Assembly: GCF_006345805.1 (NCBI RefSeq)
Contig: NC_042997.1
Span: 147,870,001-147,934,000 of the forward strand
Direction: 5' to 3'
DNA: 64,000 nt
From: Octopus sinensis
Lineage: Eukaryota
The position numbers and the translations under genes are program-made. Each line of letters starts with the position of its first letter. The stretch's first letter is position 1. The notes below the pieces were generated by a model. The model was not told where the DNA came from, did not search any database, and was given only the letters and a program-made list of their open reading frames with translations. Of the stretch, positions 56,424-64,000 are shown one piece after another.

Positions 56424-56483
56424 GAGTGACCAACGGTTTCGCATCCACAAAGGCTTTAGGCTCGTGGATATCTCGTCACACTC
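56424..56483 (-). ncRNA. Type I hammerhead ribozyme fold with C3G substitution (probably inactive relic)
   Basis: GAGT-GTGACGA-GATATCCAC[loop]GTGGATGC-GAAA-CC GTT GG-TC-ACTC. Stems I, II and III and a GUC site are present. Confidence 0.6.
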
Positions 56484-57552
56484 TAAAGCCGAAGACAAAT
56501 GGAATTTTTCGTCTCTTTGAAGCTGGAATCCGCTACGGTCATTTGGTTAGTTGCTCATCAAAGAATAAATAGTCCAGGGTCAGCGAAGAAGGGTTGTTGA
56601 CCTTAGACCAGTTTCATGTGAGTCGAAAGTGTGACGAGAAGGGATTTATCCATAGGGCAGCTTTTGGATAGTAATGGTGCTTCTCATTAAATGAGGTTCA
56701 GTTTGAAATCTACTATATGAAGTCGCGGTCCAAGCAAAGTTGTTAGCTGCAACTTCGTTCATGTTGAGTAACTGGGTAACAATATTTACGTGTTGTTGAT
56801 TCTATCGAACTAGTATATAATGATTATTTTACCAATCCTAGGTCATTCAGCAAGTAAATTGACATAACAGAATCAGTGTAAAATGTAAGTAGATCTTGTT
56901 TGTCGTAGGGCTCTGATTTCGGAAATCTAACATACACAGGAATACATTTTATATACATGCATAGACATACAAGCATGCATGCATACGTAATTGCATACAA
57001 ATGAATACACACACACACAAACCCACCCCCACACACAACACACACACACATATATATATATATACACATATACATCTCATGTTTGAGGCTTTAATGAAGT
57101 TGTAAGACATTACTCTGGAACTCGACTATGCGTCCACCGCATCCTATAGCGGAAACATCTTTAAGTTATTGAAGTTGATGACCCTTTAAACCTTTGTCAT
57201 TTCGTTTTTTTTTACACACATAAAGCACACACACACACGTGTGTGCGTGTGTGCGGTAATTGGCCTTTCCTTTCTGATGGAATCTTAGGAGTGGGTGACG
57301 CCGAGGCGTACGACGTGTAAGGGCATTTTGGCCCTGCTAACTACTATCGTTTTCCATGTTTATACCGAGCCGAATTCGTAGCATCAAACAAAAAAAGAAA
57401 ACAAGAGCATCCAGTGATAAAGTTATAGATATATTTATCTTTCCCCGAAATGATTAAAATTGATGTTGTGCTCAACCACAACAGACACAGACACACAGAC
57501 ACCACAAACACACACACACACACCAATATATATATATATATATATATATATA

Positions 57553-57755
57553 CAGTAATCCCTCGCCTTATCGCGGTTTATTATTTAAGCTGACCTCGAT
57601 TTCTCTGTGGTATTGTTTTACATTTATAATAAAATATATACAAATTATAAAAATAATTTTAAAAAATTACATTACAGTACTGTTTGTACTTCGCGGATTT
57701 TCACCTATTGCGGGTGGTTTTGGAATGGAACAGCCGCGATTGTCGAGGGATACCT
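57553..57755. mobile_element. Tigger/pogo-like MITE
   Basis: TA|CAGTAATCCCTCGCCTTATCGCGG ... CCGCGATTGTCGAGGGATAC, an imperfect TIR. Confidence 0.7.
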
Positions 57756-57804
57756 ATCTATCTATCTATACATCCATATCTATCTATCTATACATCCAGT
57801 GATG

Positions 57805-59725
57805 TCAACCCCCAACACACTATATCGGACATAACGTTTAGTGCCCCTGATGTCTTAGCGGCGATAAACGAAATAAAACACAATTCAGCAGTAGGCCCCG
57901 ATAGGTTCCCTGCTTGTGTCCTGAAGGTGTGTCGACAACCAACTTGCATCTCCCCTTGCTAATCTGTGGAGAAACTAACTGGATTGCTGGCTATATTCCA
58001 AAAAACCTTCTGTCCCAGTCTGTTGTCCCAGTTTTCAAAAAGGGAAACAAGTCCCCTTGCAGTGAATTACCGTCCGATCACACTCACCTCTCATATCATC
58101 AAGGTATTTGAGAGGGTGGTGAGATCTCGAATAACCATTTCTGGAAAGCAACAGACGGCTGATCTCCAACCAACATGGGTTCCGTAATGGAAGGGACTGC
58201 CTAACTCGCTCCTGCATCACTTTGAGGACATTTTGAGAGCTTTGGGAGAGGGCTCCAACACCGATGTCATCTACCTTGATTTCAGTAAGGCCTTCGACAG
58301 GTCGATCACAAGATCCTATTGAAAAAAACTATCCAACATTGGTGTCTCTGGAAAGTACTGAAATGGATCAAGGTTCCTGACAGACAGATCTCAACATGTT
58401 GTAGTTGAAGGGGTAAAATCAAGCCCAGCCAAAGTCAGTAGTGGCGTTCCGCAAGGCACTGTGCTGGGCCCACTTCTTTTCATCATTACATTAATGACAT
58501 TAATGACATCATCAAGAACCAGCAACATAAAATCTTTGCAGATGACTCCAAGCTACAGAAGTCATAAATGAGGCGAGTGACCGGACATGCCTTCAGTCAG
58601 ATCTACTGGCTGTTATCCAATGGGCAGAAAAAAACAATATGCTGCTGAACGAGGATAAATTTGAGCTAATCCACTTTGGAAAAAAGGGATGCCCTGAAAC
58701 TCCCATACTCCTTCCTCAGGTGAAACTCTCGCGGCGTCCAACAACATCAGAGACTTGGGAGTAATTGTGGACAACAACATAAGCTGGGCCACTCATATAA
58801 ACACCAAAGTTGACATGGCCCGCAGAATGTGTCCTGGATTCTCAGAAACTTTCCAGTCGAGAGATATCCCACACCATTATCCTTCTCTCTCCACTTTGCC
58901 CGACCCACCTTGAATACTGTTGTCCACTGTGGTCTCCCCACACAATACAAGGTATCATAAAAGTTGAAGCACCTCAAAGGCAATCACAAAAAAGATAGAT
59001 GGCATGACAGGCCTCGACTATTGGGGTCGACTAGAAAGCTAAAACTCTATTCCCTCCAACGTCGTCAGAATGTGTTCCTCGATTCTCAGAACTTTCCAGT
59101 CGAGAGATATCCACACCATTATCCTTCTCTTCTCCACTTTTGCCCGACCCCACCTTGAATACTGTTGTCCACTGTGGTCTCCCCACACAATACAAGGTAT
59201 CATAAAAGTTGAAGCACCTCAAAGGCAATCACAAAAAGATAGATGGCATGACAGGCCTCGACTATTGGGGTCGACTAGAAAAGCTAAAACTCTATTCCTC
59301 CAACGTCGTCGGAGCGCTACATCATCTGCATGATGTGGAAAATATTCCATCAGCATTGCCCAAATGATGTTGGCATCACCTTTAAGTACATCCCAGGCTT
59401 GGGCCCGTGCCATCGCCCAAAACAAAAATCGCACTCTCATCTCATAACAACAATACGGCACATTATTTCACCTCAATTGGCCCCGCTCTCTTTAACATTG
59501 CACCAAAACACATTAAAACAGAAACTGACCCTATAGGTTCAAGAAAGTTTGGACAGATTCCTCAAGAAATCCCGGATAAACCCCCTTAGCCGGATAGGTC
59601 TTGTAAACAATAACTCTCTACTTGAGTGGGCCATAGTGCCCAAATTCTGACTTGAAAGACTTCACCAGGTGGGTGCTATTAAGTTAGACATGGCCTGGGC
59701 CAATAATGGCCGAAACCTATCAAAG
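57805..59725 (+). mobile_element. CR1/L2-group LINE, 5'-truncated, with intact 3' end
   Basis: SAVGPDRFPA, NYRPITLTSHIIKVFER, QHGFRNGRDC, DVIYLDFSKAFD, SGVPQGTVLGPLLF, IFADDSKL, RPHLEYCCPLWSP, KLKLYSLQRR. Many 1-bp indels and an internal 243-bp tandem duplication. Confidence 0.95.
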
Positions 59726-59741
59726 TAAGTATACATATATA

Positions 59742-59836
<95 letters not shown>

Positions 59837-59854
59837 GTGTGTATAATATATATC

Positions 59855-61013
59855 GACTGGACAGATGCTGGAGTACCTTCTTTCAGTGTTTTGATGTCTC
59901 ATTTTGGTACCGTTTTTGGACAACTGAGTTGGATGAAGCTGCTTTTCTTTGTACCTCCTGCTGGGATGCAGTCTTATCTGGGATTTCTGACAGAAATTTG
60001 TCATGGTGCTTTTGAATGTTCCCAGATCTACACCTTGCAGATCTGTTAGGTCCCGTGGAAGGATGTTAAACTGGTGTGATACCCAGAACCCTGAGCTAAT
60101 GCAATACTGGATCCTTATCTGAAAGGAAGAAGACGGTATCTTTCATATTACGCAGTGCTGTCCAGTTCGATGGCTTGTATAGGTTTCAGTTCTAAAGTTG
60201 TGAGCCAGACCTTCCAGGGTCTTCCATATGTATGTCACAGCATAATTTTCTCGTCTTCTCTCCACGGAGTAGAGCTTCATTTCTTGTAACCTCACCTATT
60301 TGTTCATTTGTTTCACCAAGTCAATCTTCTTTGTGTAATGCCGCTGGATTGCCTCAAGTTTCGTATCAAAATTTGACATTCTGCTGCGGGAGCAGTAATC
60401 CAGTCGACTGAGGACAAATGTGCTCCTTAAGAGTAGCAAGGTATCCTTACTTCTGGCTCTGAATGACATAAGGATCCATCAAGCTACATAGTCTTGCCAT
60501 CCTGGCAATACACACATGAATAGTTGCATCACTACTTATGTAGATTCCCAGGTCACGCATCGTGTTTAACTCTGGGATTGCACTGCCCCCTGATCCTATG
60601 TATTCAGATTGTAGTCTGTGGGTCGATAGCGGAGTGCTTTGAAACTGATCAGCATTGAACTGCATGTTATTTTCATCGGTTCATTCGTATATTGCATGCA
60701 AGTCGTTTTGCAGTTTTACTATACCATCAAGCTTTTTGACTGCCTGAGATATGTATCATTAGCATAACTGGTGAGTGATTGCCTGTATAACTGAGGGCAA
60801 TGTCTGAGAGAGCCACAACAAACAGTAGTGGTCCCAGTACAGTTCCCTGAGGAACTCCGCTGCAACTGCCGGACTTCTGTCTATGAAAAAGTCGTGCGGC
60901 TACTCTCAGTTTTCCAGTGATAGCCAGATTATGTAGTTTGTGACATCATCAAATGATCAACTTTATCAAGGGCTTTGGCAAGTCGAGATATATGACATGC
61001 ACATTTGAGTGGT
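59855..61013 (-). mobile_element. CR1/L2-group LINE, older copy
   Basis: HVIYLDL, SGVPQGTVLGPLLF, MQFNADQFQ, VLSRLDYCS, EMKLYSVERRRENYAVTYIWKTLEG. Confidence 0.88.
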
Positions 61014-61031
61014 TATATATATATATATATA

Positions 61032-61069
<38 letters not shown>

Positions 61070-61248
61070 TATATATATATATATTATATATATATATATA
61101 AATATATAAGCGCGATATGGTCAAAATAAACACCGCAGTTGTATTGTGACGAATTATATAAAATTATTACCTTTGTATGGTATTTTTCCCATGCTGGCCA
61201 CTTGATAATATCGATATTTAAATATCGATTTATCCTTATTATAAATTG

Positions 61249-61294
<46 letters not shown>

Positions 61295-61483
61295 ACAAAT
61301 GAGGGTAAAATTAATTAATTAATCAATTTCACCAAGTGTTCAGTATGTAAAGGACCATTTAAGGCGAATTCAAAATATTACATTATATAATTAGGGCTTA
61401 GTAAAATAAATTACTTTGCCACATACTGAACTTAGTAGAAATAGCAGCAAAAAAATTTTCTTAGCATTTCTACTACTAGAAAT

Positions 61484-61546
61484 TTTGAGCTGACGAAAGA
61501 AATGCTGTACTTATTTGGCTAATCTTGAAACGTTGACGTACTCAAA
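61484..61546 (+). ncRNA. Type I hammerhead ribozyme, intact core
   Basis: Stem I TTTGAG/CTCAAA, core CTGACGA, stem II AAGA/TCTT, GAAA, stem III ACG-TTGA-CGT. Predicted cleavage after GUA at 61540. Confidence 0.8.
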
Positions 61547-62042
61547 CGATCTATGTACTTGTGATACGTTTCTGTATTTACCTCCAAACCTTCGTGAGCT
61601 GTCTGGAGTAAACATTATCTGAGAGAAATTTTCTTTAAGTAGTAGAAATGCTAAGAAAATTTTTTTGGCTGCTATTTCTACTAAGTTCAGTATGTGGCAA
61701 AGTATTTATTTTACTAAGCCCTAATATATATGTAATATTTTGAATTCGCCTTAAATGGTCCTTTTACATACTGAACACTTGGTGAAATTGATTAATTAAT
61801 TAATTTTACCCTCACTTGTTGATATTATAATTCATTTCTCTCGGTCATACTGCCTCGGTTCTCGCGGTTAAAATATAATGTTTGCTAGATAGACGACGTG
61901 GGTGGAATGGGGAGTGCAGAAATTTACGCCTGCGCATTTTGAATTTGTTGACACTGTTAGTTGGAGTGGTTCATCTGAAGCGACAAGTTCGCTGATAGGT
62001 AATGTTCCTTCTTTTTAGTGTTTCCAAATCCAAATTAAGAAA

Positions 62043-62103
62043 TTTGAGCTGACGAAAGAAATGCTGATTTATTTGGCTAATCTTGAAACGTTGACGTACT
62101 AAA
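62043..62103 (+). ncRNA. Type I hammerhead ribozyme, second copy
   Basis: Same core, predicted cleavage after 62098. The stem I 3' strand reads CTAAA (one C missing, either real or an assembly indel). Confidence 0.7.
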
Positions 62104-62295
62104 CGATCTATGTACTTGTGATATGTTTCTGTATTTACCTCCAAACCTTCGTGAGCTGTCTGGAGTAAACATTATCTGAGAGAAATTTTCTTTAAGTAGT
62201 AGAATGCTAAGAAAATTTTTTTGGCTGCTATTTCTACTAAGTTCAGTATGTGGCAAAGTAATTTATTTTACTAAGCCCTAATTATATAATGTAAT

Positions 62296-62351
<56 letters not shown>

Positions 62352-62466
62352 AGCAAGAAAATTGTAAAAATGCAGAATGCTCAAATGAAAGAAAATTTTA
62401 TTGAAATGAGAAATTGATAAAATATATAAATATATATTTATTTATTCAAACCGGTCCACCATTTAT

Positions 62467-62550
<84 letters not shown>

Positions 62551-62789
62551 ATATAGATATACCTGCTGCTTGGACGTTTTTTTTAATTTTGTCTCTCCCC
62601 CCACAGATACATATATAGTATTTTTGAACTATTCTGCGCATTTTCTGTGTAGGTTATTTAATACGATTATTTTTTACACAATGCTATAGAAGGAAATCCC
62701 TGCTCAGGATTTCACGAGGGGTAATCGAACCTGGAAGCACATGTAAACAATGCGACATGCCCTTAGTTGTATAGGCAGCCATTTCCACC

Positions 62790-62885
62790 AGTTATGTTAA
62801 AACAAACGTTTCTCAGGCTGTGAAAGACCCTGGTAACATAGTAAAACAGCAAAATGACTTGCATGCAATATACAAATGAACCACA
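62790..62885 (+). mobile_element. Short CR1/L2-group RT fragment
   Basis: SQAVKDPGNIVKQQNDLHAIYK, similar to the reverse complement of 60680-60770. Confidence 0.55.
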
Positions 62886-62929
62886 CACATTGACAAGAGC
62901 TTATATAAACTTCTCCCTTTCGAAACCCA

Positions 62930-63252
62930 TCTTTCTCATATAACTGTAGAACTAGAAATATAGTCTACAGCATAAGTTGCATAGAGTGTGCTTGTAAAGA
63001 CAAGAACATGATATATATAGGTGAGACATCTAGAAGCATTGCAGAGAGACGAGATGACCATTTGAAACAATAAGACGACAAAAAAAAAACAGTCCTCCAT
63101 ACTCTTCCAACATGCCGATGACCAACATGGAGGCACCCTGGATAAACTTGACATCCGCATTTTATCCAAGCACCCGAAAGATCCAACACTCAGACAAATT
63201 CAGGAGTACCTCCTCATAAATGAAACATCCCTAAATAGGAAATATACGTAGA
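62930..63252 (+). pseudogene. Penelope-like element GIY-YIG endonuclease relic (Naiad-like)
   Basis: NCRTRNIVYSISCIECACKDKNMIYIGETSRSIAERRDDHLKQ*, frameshift, then SILFQHADDQHGG...DPTLRQIQEYLLINETSLNRKYT*. Confidence 0.85.
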
Positions 63253-63330
63253 AGGTAGTCATAACCCAATACCCACAATTTACATATACACAGGTAGAGT
63301 TGTTAGTAGGCTGTTATGTAGACGTGTATA

Positions 63331-63381
<51 letters not shown>

Positions 63382-63384
<3 letters not shown>

Positions 63385-64000
63385 TGAAATTTACAGAAAT
63401 CAAAAGACGAAGATGGGTGTGTAAACAACAAACAGATGTATTAGTTTAACGCTCGGGAAGTGACAAAGACTTTTACGTTTCGAGCCTGCGCTCTTCGACA
63501 GAAAGGAACACAGAAATAAACAGGGAGAGAAAATACAAAAAAGGCTTAGTGGCTAGCGATCTATCATGGCGAATGCCGGACAGAGAGGTCACACATGAGA
63601 GCTGAGAAGAAGGGGAGATAATAAAGTAGTGGTGATGCCAAAACGAAGGTGCGCGTGAGTGTGCATGTGAGAGTGTGTATGTGTGTGTGGGAGGAGGCAG
63701 GTGACATTGACGCATGCATGTGTGCATGTGTTAGTGTGTGGAAAATGGTGTAGGTGCTGGGAAGTGGTCAGTGCTAATGTGTGCGGAGTGGTGTGATGTG
63801 GTGTGGTATGGTGGTATGTGGTATGTGGTGGTGTGTGGTGTGGTGCTGTTGGGGGTGTGGGGGAGACGAGAGTGGTGGAAGCAAGCGTGGGGTCTAAGGG
63901 ATGGGGGTGGGATGGGAAGTATAGGGATGGTGGGGTTGAAATGTGTAGGTTGGGGTAACGAGGGATGGGAAAATGAAGCGAGAGGGTGGAAGGCAGAAGG
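63382..64000 (-). mobile_element. Probable Penelope-like element terminal/UTR region (runs off the window)
   Basis: Abuts (TA)n, carries a minimal hammerhead motif, and has a C/A-rich low-complexity region on the minus strand. No ORF inside the window. Confidence 0.55.
63470..63505 (-). ncRNA. Minimal type I hammerhead-like motif with variant core
   Basis: CTTT-CTGTCGA-A-GAGC gcag GCTC-GAAA-CG-TA-AAAG. Confidence 0.6.

Larger units (their letters stand above)
61291..62297 (+). mobile_element. Non-autonomous Penelope-like / retrozyme-like element (inverted arm + ~1.5 tandem units)
   Basis: Direct repeats 61478-61737 and 62038-62297, inverted arm 61291-61477 versus 61638-61823, a hammerhead at the start of each direct repeat, and (TA)n on both flanks. 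Confidence 0.85.

Overview
This is AT-rich, microsatellite-saturated eukaryotic DNA with no supportable host protein-coding gene. Nearly all long ORFs in the track are translations of simple repeats or of the antisense strand of decayed elements. The repeat families (tRNA-derived SINEs, R4/Dong, Tx1/L1-like, CR1/L2-group, Penelope-like, mariner, Helitron, MITEs) and the overall texture resemble an octopus/coleoid intergenic or intronic region. That taxonomic call is recognition, not a search result. The most interesting structure is a ~1 kb non-coding element at 61291-62297, inserted in (TA)n. It has a 558-nt repeat period, two type I hammerhead ribozyme folds in tandem (the first with an intact core) and a 187-bp inverted arm, which is Penelope pseudo-LTR / retrozyme-like architecture that could release a unit-length, potentially circular RNA. 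Further hammerhead-like folds lie at 63470-63505 and 56424-56483, with weaker relics elsewhere. Other notable points are SINE concatemers built from a GT...AG-bounded unit, R4-clade elements apparently targeting two different microsatellites, and a Naiad-like GIY-YIG relic. Boundaries of decayed elements are approximate, and family names come from motif recognition by eye.
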